Source of the DNA: Macrostomum lignano
Lineage: Eukaryota
Assembly (NCBI GenBank): GCA_002269645.1
Contig: NIVC01000067.1
Span: 248,001 to 312,000, forward strand
Direction of reading: 5' to 3'
Length of the DNA stretch: 64,000 nucleotides
The notes below the pieces were generated by a model. It had not been told where the DNA came from. It did no database searches and saw nothing but the letters and a program-made list of their open reading frames with translations. Made by a program: the position numbers and the translations under genes. Positions 1 to 14,691 of this stretch are shown here, in pieces; position 1 is the first letter of the stretch, and every line of letters begins with the position of its first letter.

Positions 1-449
1 ACTTTCCAGTTTTAGCTTGCACGTGCTTCCTTAAATTGGGACGAAAGCATAGCAAGAATCCGGAAGCTTTTTTTAACCAAACGATACAGTTGTTATAACC
101 ATTGAATATCGATAATGCTTGACACGGAAGAAACTATAATCTTCCTATTTCTCTTCTCATCTTTCTCCATTATCCCTTGACTGTATCAAGTTGTTGAATC
201 CAAGAATCCCCTTCGTTACAAAAACACGAGTTAACGGACAGGCTGCACATGTAGGGGAAAGGCCAGGGGGGCAAGAGCTCCATCAAGTTATAAGCTGACC
301 CAATTCCGTGACGATAATGAAGCAACTCGTCAGCTGATTTTGCTTCAACTTTCACACTTCATCACTTGCGGCCGCGGGTATCCACGCATGATATATGGGA
401 CAATTCCAACAATTCCTCAAATTATTCAAAATCCATTCTTACACTCCCC

Positions 450-795
450 ACACCTCTCAAATCCATTCGATTACATTCCTCACACTTCTCAAAATCCATT
501 CGATTACATTCCTCACACTTCTCAAATCCATTCGATTACATTCCTCACACTTCTCAAAATCCATTCGATTACATTCCTCACACTTCTCAAAATCCATTCG
601 ATTACATTCCTCACATTTCTCAAAATCAATTCGATTACATTCCTCACACTTCTCAAAATCCATTCGATTACATTCCTCACACTTCTCAAAATCTATTCGA
701 TTACATTCCTCACACTTCTCAAAATCCATTCGATTACATTCCTCACACTTCTCAAAATCTATTCGATTACATTCCTCACACCTCTAAAAATCCCC
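450..795. repeat. 33-bp minisatellite (CGATTACATTCCTCACACTTCTCAAAATCCATT) ~10 copies
   Basis: Direct tandem repetition. Confidence 0.9.
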
Positions 796-2537
796 AATTC
801 GTACCTTCCTGAAATTACTCAAAATTCATTCTTATACGTTTTATGCTTCAATGCGTTACATGATGCGTACATTATTATGGAGGTTCTTGACCAACCAAAA
901 TTTTAAAAGCGAAGCACCGCTCCGTTTCTCTAAACCAACTTTGTAGTGCACGCCAGCCATGTCAAGTCAAAGTCAAAAGTGGATCGGAGTCAGCCAGTCT
1001 GCGTGGGACAAAACCCAGCATGTATATCGATACACAGTTGTGGAATGCCAATTGCAATGACCATCTGTTATATTAGCTAGCGGAGTTTGTTGGAATGCAG
1101 CTTTTAGCGACCATTGTAACCGACCTCGCCTTCTAGACCCCCAACCCCCAACCAATTTTCCTCTGGCTGCTTGCTGTTGTCCCCTCTTTCGAATTCTCCG
1201 CAGCCTCTTTTCCCATGGGATGGTTCTGCGATAGCCGCAGTCGAGATCCCCCTCCCCCCGAAGAACGCTCACTTGCATATTCCATGGGAGGAGGGCGGGG
1301 GTTCACTTTCCAGTCCAAGAGGGTGGGGCGGTTGGGAGAGGAAAACACACTTTTGCGCTTTGGGAAGCTGTAGCATCAAATTAGCGGATAAATCTATCAA
1401 TTCTTTGCTGTTTTTTTCCACTCTCCTGCAACCATCCCGGTGAGCGTCAACGGCCTCCCTTTCAGCTCCCTGTAGCTAAGAGAGAAGTGAGGTTAAAACC
1501 ACGATGGCTACGACGGAATCCCAAAACAGCAAAAGCTCCAATTAGAAATTTCCACTTCAAGCTGGCTAATAGTTAGCTACTAAAATGAGTTCCAGAACTT
1601 TAAAATCATTTTTTGGCTTGTCGTTGGAACAACAACGAAACAATTATGCCCTTAGGCAAGCAGCTGATTTTCACAAATCAAATTGAGCAACCAAAAATGG
1701 CTAAAATAAACTTATTCGAAAAAACATCATCATTGTTCCTAATCCTGAGCATAATAATTTACATTATGTCCCAATATGAATCATGTCTGCCAGACCCACA
1801 TCATAGTCTGACAGTCTATTCTAGTAGTCATGTTTTAAACCTCCAAATGCGGGTGGGGTCACCCTCCGAAGTCTATATGTATAAGCTCTCTCTATTTGAA
1901 AGCCAAAACAATAAATTACACGTTATGTATTATAGAAATTCTGCCGTGTTCTGCCAGACAGGGCTCCCGGCCCGTTAGACTCAACTTCACCTGCAATAGG
2001 CGGTGTTCAATCCTACATAATAAAACATCAACCATTCGTTCAACCCACTCACACTTGACCCACAAAGGTCGGGCCGTTTTGGGAGTTGGAACGTTGAAAA
2101 AAAAACGAACAAGACATCTAACAGTGTATATAGTTCCTCCTATACGACAGTCAATATTATTGTCCTGCATCAAGCCAGAACTGAGATCGGAATCGCGACA
2201 CGACCACGCGACCACTTGCGCAATATTTATCCCTCTCTGTCTTGTGTATGTATAAACCTAAGCATCTGTAGGAATCCGTCACTCGGTTGCTTTTTGCGTC
2301 ATTATAGATCGATCAACTTTTTTATGACAGGCCTCTTTGGTTAGTAGTGCCGCGCTGCTTATAGAGGACCCTGCATTTGCAGCCTCTCGGATTCTGTCTC
2401 CCCTATGCCACCCATGTGCAGCATAGTGCTGCCGTGTTGCGCAACCGTTTTGTTAACTAAATTGGAAGTTAAATGAAGAAGAGCCTTACAAAGACCTACA
2501 AAGCAATTTGATTTGCTTTGACCAAGGTTGATTCACG

Positions 2538-2612
2538 GGGGCAGTTGTAGCTCAGCGGTAAATGCGTCTGACTCTTGCGCTCCGATCCGTGGTTCGATTC
2601 CATGCGTCGCCT
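2538..2612 (+). mobile_element. tRNA-derived SINE head / tRNA pseudogene
   Basis: A-box-like TAGCTCAGCGGTAAA and a T-arm CGTGG-TTCGATT-CCATG (B box). Acceptor and anticodon stems pair poorly, so it is not a functional tRNA. Confidence 0.5.
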
Positions 2613-3189
2613 CGTTCATTTGGTGCTTCTATGCACGAAAATTGGCAACGAAAGTAGGTTGTCGTGCAATTCACACACCCATGGGGCCGATCCACAAGAT
2701 ACAGAGACATGCCTGACGAATAGAAAGTCAAGGGCCACTTACACCCTGCGTGAGCGTGTGCATGACTGCGTGCCTGGGTATGCAAGCAAATGTCCTCTTT
2801 CGTAGAGGATTTCTCAGCATCACATAGACGAACTCATACGAAACTCTCTATGGAAACTTTGCTTGCTTGCAGGTCTATGCTTGAATTTCTGTTAAACAAG
2901 CTGTTAAAACCCGCGGATTTTGAACCCGGGGAATTCCAATACCCGGAACTACTTTTGCATGTATTCTGAAATCTAAGGCCATACACAAACAAAAACTTGT
3001 TAATAGTTAGTAGGATAGAGGTAGACATAAAATGGAGCACATTCGTGTAAAATTAGGGTTTGAGACATTGTTGGCTGGGGTACTGCGCAGAATGTCAGGC
3101 AATGTCTGTCTGACTCTAAAACATATATTGCTAAACTCTGGTCTCTCCCTGACTCTCCCTACGTCCCTTGGATCCTTTAAAATTTCTAT

Positions 3190-4310
<1,121 letters not shown>

Positions 4311-4959
4311 CTGCCCCTTAGCTATGAGCTGGATTCTTTATCTGGCCTTTGAGGTAAAAGTCTGCCCATCCCTGCTTGGAAAGCCAGTTTGTGGGACGTA
4401 GTACTCTCATGGTTGTTCTCATGCTTTGATCACGTCATCTTTCTTGCCAATTTGCAAGCCCTGAAAATAATTTGTGTATCTTTAGCTCCACTGCAGTCTG
4501 CATCAGTCTAACAACAAAGGAAATGCGCATTTCTTAGGAGGCCATTTAAATTTTAAAGTACCTTTAAAAGAAACCTAAAATTTCCATGGTGTGACTAATT
4601 TAGTAGGGTTGTATTGCATTGCATCGCATCACCTTTTCATAAATCTTTCGCTTTTACAAACCATGCTGGATTCCCTCGATTTGCCATCCACTGTTAAACT
4701 GCTGCAGAGTTTTCCAATACAGACGACAGTGGTTAGAATTTCTCACTAAACTGTCATGGCTAAACGTAGCCTCTCCACGCGCGGGGGTACAGAGAAGGCT
4801 ATTAAAAAGTTATTCCAAAACACTGTACATTTGCTATGTACATTCAGTCCTATCGCCTGACCCTTCGTCTGGCTCTGGGGGAATGAGTGAGTGAGTGGCA
4901 CAAACAACAGAAAAAGCAGACAAACTTCACATGCTTACAGTTTCTTTTTTGGTTGAGTT

Positions 4960-5540
4960 ACAGAGTTGAAACTTTACATTTAGATAGAGAATGGGTCAAT
5001 GAAGAATTGTGTCAAGTTTGAAGTCAATCGCTTTACGTGGAGCAAACTTATGGCAGCTGAAATTTAGTCAATTTTGAAACCCTTTTACACATCTGGGCCC
5101 AGATCGGGAAAGAGAGGCAGGCGGGCGGAGGTTGGGGTGGTTGCTACGCTGAAAAAAACAGCCTAACTTTAAAAGTGCACAGCACCGCTCAGGATTAACT
5201 TTGAGACTCGAAATTTTACACGATTGTGTCAAAATAGTTGAAAATTGCCTGTGTCAAATTTGAAGAGAATCGGTAGAAGTGGAGCGGCGCTATGGAGGAT
5301 TAAGTGAAAAAATCGCGCATTTTGAGCAGTTTTTTGTACTTTTAGGTAGGAAGACTTGAGTCTAGGAAATTAAAAGGTAGCCTAAGACATTCTCCGTAGT
5401 GAGTTTAGGGTGGGTGTAAAGTTTGGTGTAATTTGGTTGAGTGGTTTGGGAGTCCATAGCGATCAAAATTGTCCACAGACACACAGACAGACAGACAGAC
5501 AGACACACAGACAGAGTTTTGATTTTTATAGTTAGAGATA
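4960..5540 (-). mobile_element. Non-autonomous Helitron/HINE-like element with a (GTCT)n core (boundaries approximate)
   Basis: The minus strand begins ATCTCTAACTATAAAAATCAAAACTCTGTCTGTGTGTCTGTCTG...AAACCACTCAACCAAATTACACCAAACTTT, resembling microsatellite-bearing Helitron-derived repeats of invertebrates. Recognised by eye only. Confidence 0.4.
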
Positions 5541-6846
5541 TTCTTTGAGAAGTGCAGTGCGAATCTGTGAGATGAAACCAGACTCCAGTGAGTGCTACAC
5601 ATCGTTTTGCGAGTACTTTTAGTTGTCGGGCATACATACCATCTACCGTGAAATAGTTTTGTCATCAAGAACAGGCTCATGTCACGTGTGATGAATGCTA
5701 GCAGATTGGCAAGCTGAATCGATCAGGCAAGCAACGGTGCCTTTTCTTTTTGGCAGCATTTCTGCAACCATCCATGCAATCCATTCACTTTAATTTTCAT
5801 TTGAACCCTGAGATATTATTGTCAGCTGCTGTTTACAGAGCGTGGATTCAATGGCTGATTGAATTCGCTGAATGCACGATTCAACAATCGCTTTTTTGTT
5901 TTGATCAGCAGCCCTCGCGGCTCCATTGAGATGACAGGCAAATGGGATTAACTATGAAAATTTCTCATTTTAAAAAATGAAAAGCGTCATTGAGCATCGA
6001 AGCTATTCGAGATTGCGTCTTTGTTGTTGTTGTTGAGACTGGAATCATTTCCATGCGGGAGCCCGTGCATTCTGGGTTGGATGACACTGAGCAGGGGCAA
6101 CGATCCTGCAGAGCTGCGCGACGCGACCTGAAAGCTCTCATCACCTCTCCCATATCCCTCTCTCTTTGCTGGCGTCTCCTCTTCAAAAATGGGATACTTT
6201 TTGTATAGCTTAGGATTGTCTTTGTCCTTTTCAGGCAGAAGCGACTCATGAAATCAGAGCAGTACAACAAACACATCGTTTGTTTCTTCTGTGGAAAAAC
6301 TGGGTGTTTAAAATACGGTAATTTTAAACCACATTCCTGCTTGATTCAAAATATTCGTGTCATCTGTCTTAGGGGGGGGGGTTGTCATTTAGATTTTGGC
6401 GAGTCAACATGCATTCTTTGATTCTGTTGTCATTGAACCAATTGAAGATTGAATTGTTTTCATAACATATTCAAATATTTGATCTTAGATTTGCAGCTGC
6501 AAGCGGCATAAAAAGCATGACGAGTCTTAGAGACCTCTTCGATATTCCTCAAGGTGGCGCGCTTTCTCGCAAAAACTTCAAACTAACACCGCAGATAATA
6601 CTTGCACCAGACAGGTATTCAAGCCATACAGCCGTTATGATCATTATGTGGCCAAGTTGTGCATGACAATTGTGTAGCTAAGCTATCTATGAGCATTGTT
6701 TAGTTAAGCTATCGATGACCATTGTGTGGCTAAGCTGTATTAAAAGGGAAGCTGAGGTGTTTAGTGACTGGTTATGGAAGTTAGGATCGTAGATACAAAA
6801 GTAAAGAATCGAGTCTAACGGTGGTTGTCGATTTTTTAGGGCCCAG

Positions 6847-7260
6847 CATGTCCCCTCCCGGAGGAAGGTCATTGTCGCAGTATTAAAATTATTAGAAACC
6901 TTTCTTAACGCATTGAAACCAGATGTGAAATTTGCAGATCAGAAAATAATTTAGGGCGCAAAGTGATCAGGAGCGGTCCGGTTCCTGCTACTTCTTCGTG
7001 GGAACATAGTCTCTTCTAGGTCTGAAGGCTGATCCTCATCAGCGGCAGGCTCCTCCCTGGTGACCGGGATGTGTTGTCCGCCTCATCTTCCGACTCAACT
7101 CTGAACGATTGGGAGGCTGACGCTGTAGATAACGATTTATGGCGATTTATGAAGATTTATGGAAGTCGTCTTCCAAAAATGATTTCAGCGGGCAGCCTCC
7201 TCTGGACTAAATGACTGAATTCCATATGCATTGGATTTTTCTCTCGCAATAAGAATCAAA
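6847..7260 (-). mobile_element. Degenerate Ty3/Gypsy-like LTR retrotransposon remnant (integrase C-terminus, PPT, start of 3' LTR)
   Basis: Frameshifted minus-strand peptides RLPAEIIFGRRLP* and FPRRSSRNRTAPDHFAP* (stop 6953-6951). A purine tract GGGAGGGGA (6859-6851) is followed by TG at 6848. Confidence 0.45.
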
Positions 7261-7849
7261 TCGTCCGTTCAACGTGAGGTACGTCCGTTTCAAGATTTTG
7301 TTAAATATTTTGTGGTGAATCAGATTTCCCTGTGCCCTTTGGCCCCTTCTGCTAAAAATACTTCGACCTGCTAATAAAGCAAATGTTATTTGTCCTAATT
7401 TAGGCAAACTTTGAATTTACCAGTAATTATGCGAGTCGACTATAGGAACCAATTCAGTTTAATTGAAACAGAAAGTTACATTGCGTCTCCCTGTGTGGGC
7501 TGCTGCGGTGGCCATGGTCTGTCTAAAATTCTGTAATTTTAATTCTAAATTCGACACAATTTTTCTTGCTGCGAGGCTTAAAGAAGCGGTTAAAAGTCGA
7601 TACAAATCCCATTGAAAGGGCGGAACGCTGCTTGATAATAAAATGTAAGTGAGCGATGCCAGGCCTACAAGACGCGAACAAGAGGTAAATAAAAAGTTTA
7701 CTATTAATTTTGGTTTTTGGGCAAATGCTCTGTATAATAAAATCATTTTTAGCAGAAACTGCTTCTTTACAAGTTATTCATTCTAGCTTTGAACATGAAC
7801 AGCTACAGTATTTATCTTCTATTCGCGCTGATCCCTTACTCATCCATTC

Positions 7850-8590
7850 ACCCGTCTATCCACTTAGCTCCACATCTATCCATCCAGCTCCACATCTATC
7901 CATCCAGCTCCACATCTATCCATCCAGCTCCACATCTATCCATCCAGCTCCACATCTATCCATCCAGCTCCACATCTATCCATCCAGCTCCAAATCTATC
8001 CATCCAGCTCCACATCTATCCATCCAGCTCCAAATATATCCATCCAGATCTACATCTATCCATCCAGCTCCACATCTATCCATCCAGCTCCTCATCTATC
8101 TATCCAGCTCCACATCTATCCATCTAGCTTCACATCTATCCATCCAGCTCCACATCTATCTATCCAGCTCCACATCTATCCATCCAGCTCCTCATCTATC
8201 CATCCAGATCCACATCTATCCATCCAGCTCCACATCTATCCATACAGCTCCAAATATATCCATCCAGATCCACATCTATCCATCCAGCTCCAAATCTATC
8301 CGTCCAGCTCCAAATATATCCATCCAGATCCACATCTATCCATCCAGATCCAAATCTATCCGTCCAGCTCCAAATCTATCCATCCAGCTCCTCATCTATC
8401 TATCCAGCTCCACATCTATCCATCCAGCTCCACATCTATCCATCCAGCTCCACATCTATCTATCCAGCTCCACATCTATCCATCCAGCTCCTCATCTATC
8501 CATCCAGATCCACATCTATCCATCCAGCTCCACATCTATCCATACAGCTCCAAATATATCCATCCAGATCCACATCTATCCATCCATTTC
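7850..8590. repeat. 20-bp minisatellite (CATCCAGCTCCACATCTATC) ~35 copies
   Basis: Direct tandem repetition. Confidence 0.92.
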
Positions 8591-10053
8591 CTTATCGATC
8601 CATTTACCTCTTCATCCATTCAGTTTTAAATCTATCCATCCATCTCATATTGATTCATTTTTTATCTATCCACCCCTCCTCATCTATCCATCATCATTTT
8701 TCTGCCTACTCTCCTCTAATCTATCTCTCCTATTCTCTACATTATACTGACGATTCCGCAGTTAATTTTCAATCCGATAGCAGTCAGAGCGCATTCATAG
8801 ACAGATGACGGCACAGAACAAACCGGTCTGACCAACTCAAGTCTATAGGGGACTTATAAGCCTTCATTTTATAGCAATGCTTCAGTCAATATGAATAAAG
8901 ATAAAGAATAGAAAAATGGAGCGATACACACAAGAAGACCCATTAAGACTTCTATATGCATGCGAGACTTGATCGTAATCTCAACTCTTGACATTAACAA
9001 TTTCGAAGATCTCTATTCTCTCTGCTTGTCACACGGGCACATTCTCAACAACCCCCCCCGCGCGAGCTTCTTTTACTCAAAGTAGCAACAAATCCCTATG
9101 CTTCTGCTCAAATACGAAGCCAGAGTAGGCAGGCAAGCCACTGCTAGATCTGTATCAGCCCTCATTGAAGCCTATTACTAGCTTTAGGCTAGAAGACTTG
9201 GTAGACAGACGACCGTCTGTGGACTTATATAGAGGCTGGAAGAGGCCACAGGCCCACCCAAGGCGAAGCACCTGTGTGCATCTATACATTTTATACAAAG
9301 CTTTTGTTGCTTCGCCTTCTGCCTTTCTTATTGTCTGTTGATGCAGGTTGAGTAAAGATGACTATCAGTCTGTTGAGGTTTTTATTTTTACCTACCAGCT
9401 GATATAGAATTTTTCTATAACATAGAGCTGTAGGTTTTAGTAAATTGCAACCCCTGCGGGTTTGGCTTGGCAATAATCTCAGATCCTTACTAAATACCAT
9501 TGTGAATCGAAAGCTTGACCTTTCAATGCTAATTAGCACATTTGCGCGGATCGAGCTTGAGTCGGAAAATTTTAAAGGCTACAGTGGACTTAGTCTGATA
9601 TGGAAGCTGTGTTGATTAATCGAAAATCCGTGTGTTTGTTATTCACACCTTGTCAATTCTATTAAATATTGTTGTATTGGCCTTGCAATTTTGCATGTTA
9701 TAAAGGTCATGCAACCAATACGCGCTAATGGTTAGACGAACAAGCCATCAGTTTGTAAATAGGTTTTGTTAATCACGCCGCCTCGTTACGTAAGCAAGCA
9801 CGGTGTAGTTCACCTGAGCCATGCAACAGGTGATGGCAAATGTGCGAATTTCCTAATTCCTTATACCTCGGCAAGCTTCTGTCAACAAACACTGAGTTAC
9901 AATAGATAAGTCTAGTGTAGAATACGTTTAGTACTACTGAAAAGTAATACATATCTCACATCGATCGTAGGGAGAGGTCGCAATGCAGGCTGATGATGGA
10001 ATGCGCGCATTCTGGTAGGGCGACACCCAACTTGTATAATTCTTTTTAGAGTT

Positions 10054-11022
10054 AGGGGCGTCGCTACCGGGGGGGGGGACTGGCGGGACATGTCCCCCCA
10101 GTAAAAGATATGGAAGACATGCCAATGCTCTGTGTCCCCCACCCCACCTTGTGACCCGATATGGAAATCAATAATTTTGCTGAAGGGCGACCAAACATAG
10201 CGCCTGCAGCGCCAAAATGAGTGCCTGCGACGTCAAAAAATGAGTGCTTGCGGCACCAAAATGAGTGCCTGCAGCGCCAAAAAATGAGTGCTTGCGGCGC
10301 TAAAGTGAGAGCATGCGGTGGTAAAATGATTGCCTGTGGCGCTAGAATGAGTGCCTGCAGCGCTAAAATGAGTGCATGCGGCGCTAAAATGAGTGCATGC
10401 GGCGCTAAAATGAGTACATGCGGCGCTAAAATGAGTGCATGCGGCGCTAAAATGAGTGCATGCGGCCCTAAAATGAGTGCATGCGGCGCTAAAATGAGTG
10501 CATGCGGCGCTAAAATGAGTGCCTGCAGTGCCAAAATGAGTGCCTGCGGCGCTAAAATGAGTGCCTGCAGTGCCAAAATGAGTGCCTGCAGCGCCAAAAT
10601 GAGTGTCTGCGGCGCCAAAATGAGTGTCTGCGGCGCCAAAATGAGTGCATGCGGCGCTAAAATGAGTGCATGCGGCGCTAAAATGAGTGCATGCGGCGCT
10701 AAAATGAGTGCATGCGGCGCTAAAATGAGTGCATGCGGCGCTAAAATGAGTGCATGCGGCCCTAAAATGAGTGCATGCGGCGCTAAAATGAGTGCATGCG
10801 GCCCTAAAATGAGTGCCTGCAGTGCCAAAATGAGTGCCTGCAGCGCCAAAATGAATGTCTGTGGTGCAAAAATGATCGTGCTGACAACACTGATTTCTGA
10901 AAATAATGAGTGCAATGAGTGAATGAGTGAAAATAATGTACATGTAGGAATTTAGTTATGTGCATTCTGTGTAGAATTCTTGGTTTTGTCCCCCCCCCAC
11001 CATAAAATCCATGGCGACGCTG
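10054..11022. mobile_element. MITE-like element with imperfect GC-rich terminal inverted repeats and an internal 21-bp tandem array
   Basis: Left end AGGGGCGTCGCTA, right end TGGCGACGCTG, G9/C9 subterminal runs; AAAATGAGTGCATGCGGCGCT repeated ~30 times at ~10205-10870. Confidence 0.45.
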
Positions 11023-11732
11023 TTTCGAGTCATCGATGAGGCCTCATTAGGATCAATGGACATGCCCCAGCGTTCCTGACTGTTAGCTTCTTAGATTTCA
11101 AGAAGACCCTACAGGTGTTTTAATTTGTGTTCAACGCACCGATTTCCGATATATATGTATATAAAAGTTGCTACACAGCTGTGACAACGAGTAAGTCACC
11201 AGTGCGGCACTTTTTCACCGCTTCGACATGACCAGCTGTTCAACCGACCTGTTGCGCCGTCGGCGACTCCAGCTCTGCATGGCATGGCAGGCCGCAACTA
11301 TAGGCTGCCCTACTAATAGAATCCGGCCGCATCGGGTCACTATCCGCGGCCAGTCGAAAAACGCCGAGTACGCACCTTCCACCACATCGCGCCTCGCCGG
11401 TCAGCCTCAGCGGTTACGTCCTAGGGCTACAACGTCTATTGGCAATACGATTCGGCTACAAAAAGGTCGAAATGCTTCTGCTGTTGTAACCGGTAAAATG
11501 TTCTCGGTAGTCGTTGGGTCGGAACTGATCAGGGTGGGGGTATGCGAGTACAGGGGAATCCCTTACATGTAATTATTGGGTTGGCAAATGACAAAAAAGA
11601 TTTATAAATGAAAAGTTTTGTTGGCGCCATATGCGAGATTCTACGTCCTGAAAATTCCAAATTTAGCTCTCTTTTACTTTATACCTGTCTAAATAACTTC
11701 TTTCAAGTACGCCCGCTGGATTTTGAGTTTTT

Positions 11733-12720
11733 AAAGTAGGCATGAAAGGTGAAGAGTTTTGCACCTTCTGCCTCACTTTCGCCTCTTTTATGCTTATTTT
11801 GTGCCACTTGTGCACCGCGTGTTCACCTGAGTGCCTCTGCAGGGTCAGGAGGTAAATTTAAGGCACGAAATAGGCGGTAGGGGCACAGGTGTCATAGGAG
11901 AGTTGGGTGCATTAAAGGTGCATAGTGTGCATTGGAGGCACGATAGGTGAATAAAAGGTGCACAGTGGGCACTTTAGGCGTAGAAGCAATGCAAGGGGCG
12001 TTCCAACTTGTGAAAGTTCTTTGCTACTTTTCCTTACTATTCTTTGAACAGAATCAAAACTTTTCCTCACTAATGCAAAACTTTTCATCACTTTTCGGAG
12101 CGTTTCCTGAGTATTTGAAAGTCATTAAAACTTATCAGTATAGGAAATGTTTGCTTTCGTGGTTTGTCAGGATCAGGAAGGGGATAGCAGCGATTAGTAT
12201 AGGTGTAAATAAAGCTTTTCTATGTTTAATGTGTGCGTGCAATGTACGAGTATGTAACTCTCAGTTAATTTTTGTTACGAATTCTTAATGCGGAAGGTGA
12301 GCGAGGTGCACAAAAGAGGCACTTTAGGGGTCTATTTCGAGCGTGTTTTGGAAATGCACCTGTATACATATTTACGCTGCACATGTACACCTTTTGCACC
12401 TCTAATTCACCTTTTGTGCACTTTCTGCGCCCCTTCAGCACCTTTCCTGCACCTGCTGTGCCTCACTTGTGAGCCTGCTGTTCACCTTTTGCGCACCTCC
12501 AGTGCCCCTTTACTGCCCCTACCGCCGCAACCAATCAAAATTGAGAATTCACCTACTGCCTGACCACTTCACCGATTGTACACCTTTCATGCCTCTTTTC
12601 AAAAATATTGGTGACATTTAGGCATAAAAGGTGCACTCAGGTGCATTTCCAAAGCACACACAAAATAGGCCACTAAAGTGCCTCTTTTGTGCACCTCGCT
12701 CACTTTTTATGCCTACACAG
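11733..12720. mobile_element. Foldback-like element with nested inverted repeats
   Basis: Perfect 31-bp inverted repeat 12297-12327 / 12673-12703, extending imperfectly to ~66 bp. A second pair is AGGCATGAAAGGTG (~11737) / CACCTTTCATGCCT (~12581). Confidence 0.5.
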
Positions 12721-13652
12721 GTGCATAACTTTTCCAACGGGACGAGTACTCCTCCGTCAACAATTTTTAGGTGTGCATTTGGTTACGATGAAAACAGGAA
12801 ACGTACATGTATGTAGAAGATGAGGCTGGGGTGCTAGAAAACACAGCCTCTCGAAAAATTAGCTTTCTCAATAATTTCTGCTGGGGGGATGTTGTCCCTT
12901 CCCCCTTTGCGCCGATGTTCCTGCATGTACAGCAGATATACATGCATGCACTATACATGTACAATTTGTACGAACATGTTACATGCAAGGACCACTAGTA
13001 ACTTCTAGTGGTCCTTGGTTACATGTACCTTTGTATGCTTCGAGCGAGGAGGAGCTCGACGGGGCCAGTACTTACTGTCGAATGAGATATTTGTTATTTG
13101 TTCGGCATTCTGTTTTTATGCATTTATTGATTTTGACGAAGATGCATATTCAAATTAAGTACTTACGTTATGTACAGCGGTGTCGGAACATATTTCAAAG
13201 TGGGGGGGGGGCTATTGGTGGGAGGGCACATTGCACATGATTTTTTTTTTCTAAGGGCACCCTAACTCCTGCTGTTATGTCAGTTTGTGACGATTAATCG
13301 TGACAACCAGGCCATTATTCAATTCTGTGTTGGAAGTGGCCAAAAGTCTGAAAAATGTTCGACTTTTGAACTAATTCAAACATTGCGCAACTGCACTGCA
13401 CTATCAATTAATTTAGTAAATATCTCAAATGAACGAAAATTGCCAGGGCAAGACCAGTAATTTTCTGGATCTCTTGGCTGCCTCCTTCAGTTTCTCTTGG
13501 CGCTGTCTCTTTATTCTGTTATCTGACGGCATTTTAGTGCTTTTAGTTGCAGCGCCAGCAGCGGTTTTAGTCTTGGGATTGCGGCGGACTCGCAATTTCG
13601 ACCAGAGACGCCAAAGTACGAGCGCTAAAAGGGCTGAATACTACGAGTAAAA

Positions 13653-13720
13653 CAGGGGTTGGCAAACTCCGGCCTGAGGGCCAAATGTGGCCCGCAAAGC
13701 CTCTCTATCCGGCCCTTAGG
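13653..13720 (+). mobile_element. 5' terminus of a hAT-like non-autonomous DNA transposon
   Basis: CAGGGGTTGGCAAACT...GGCCTGAGGGCCAAATGTGGCCCGC...TCCGGCCC is a typical hAT end. No matching 3' end was identified. Confidence 0.5.
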
Positions 13721-13769
13721 TCCTTTGAATCTTCACAATAGCCCGCTCGATGTTTGTGTCTCTTCTCAG

Positions 13770-14070
13770 CTCTCTTCCCTCACCTCTCTCTTCTCATATT
13801 CTACTGTCGTCTCCTCTCCTCTCCTCTCCTCTCCTCTCCTCTCCTCTCCTCTCTCTCCTCTCCTTTCCTATCTTCTCCTCCCCTATCCTCTCCTCACCTC
13901 TCTCCTCTCCTCTCATCTCCCGTTTCCTCTCCATACTCTTCTCCCTTCCCTTCTCTACTCTCCTATTTTATCTCTCTTCTCGTCTACTCTCTTCTCCTTT
14001 ATTCCTTCAACTCTCCTTTCTCCTACGCTCGTATTTCTCTTCTCTATTCCCTATCCTCTCTCCCTATAGC
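13770..14070. repeat. (CTCCT)n / CT-rich low-complexity tract
   Basis: Direct inspection. Confidence 0.85.
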
Positions 14071-14691
14071 CCGCAGTCATCAGGGACTCCTGGGCGCGCG
14101 TTTCGCTTGGGAGGGGGGGCAGCGAAGCGGACCCAGAAGGGCAGTCATGCGTAGGCTTAGGCACATTAGACAAAAAATTTAGTGGAATGGAATTGAGAAC
14201 AACATGAACTATTATATCAGCTGGTAGCCTTAGCTTCCAAGACTCAGAAAAGCCAAGCATCAGTATAATGCATGCGAAACTTGTGCATTCTTAGAGTTCA
14301 ACTTTAAAAGATAAAAGTTTAAAGCGTTATAGGTTTCTCAAAGGTAACTTAAATCGAAATAAATATTGTAAAGTAAAATCTAAGTTATAGATTTTTTAAT
14401 TTGGCTTTAAGTCTGCTTATAATTTTGTTTAAGTAATCTAATGGTTCATCACAAAAATTTAACATAGAAAATCACTGAACAATCTAAAGTTTTTATTCAG
14501 GTCTTCTGCAAACAAACAAGTTGGGTTAGCTGGCTGGCGTTTTACCTTTCAGTTAGATTTTTATAGTGTTTTTACTGCTGTAGTTGAATTTTTGAGCATA
14601 GATTTTTAATATTTATTTGACAAATAACAAATAAATATCATTTCAGTCTTGATAGTCTTGCATCATATTTTGAACCGACGCGACAGTCAGC

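Noticed and set aside
170-2260. Several 60-120 aa ORFs at the window start
   Set aside because: No recognisable domain, coding bias or consistent exon boundaries.
2538-2612. Functional tRNA gene
   Set aside because: The T-arm is good but the acceptor and anticodon stems do not pair; kept only as a SINE or pseudogene head.
5700-6276. 103-aa minus ORF with a frameshifted continuation
   Set aside because: No recognisable motif or splice support; probably a decayed transposon sequence.
10064-10943. MSACGAK / ALILAPH repeat ORFs resembling antifreeze or collagen-like proteins
   Set aside because: 21-bp array open in multiple frames inside a MITE-like element; no splice or promoter support.
11020-11130. 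Possible LINE reverse-transcriptase fragment (FLDFKKT)
   Set aside because: Only a few residues, frameshifted, and no other RT motifs nearby.
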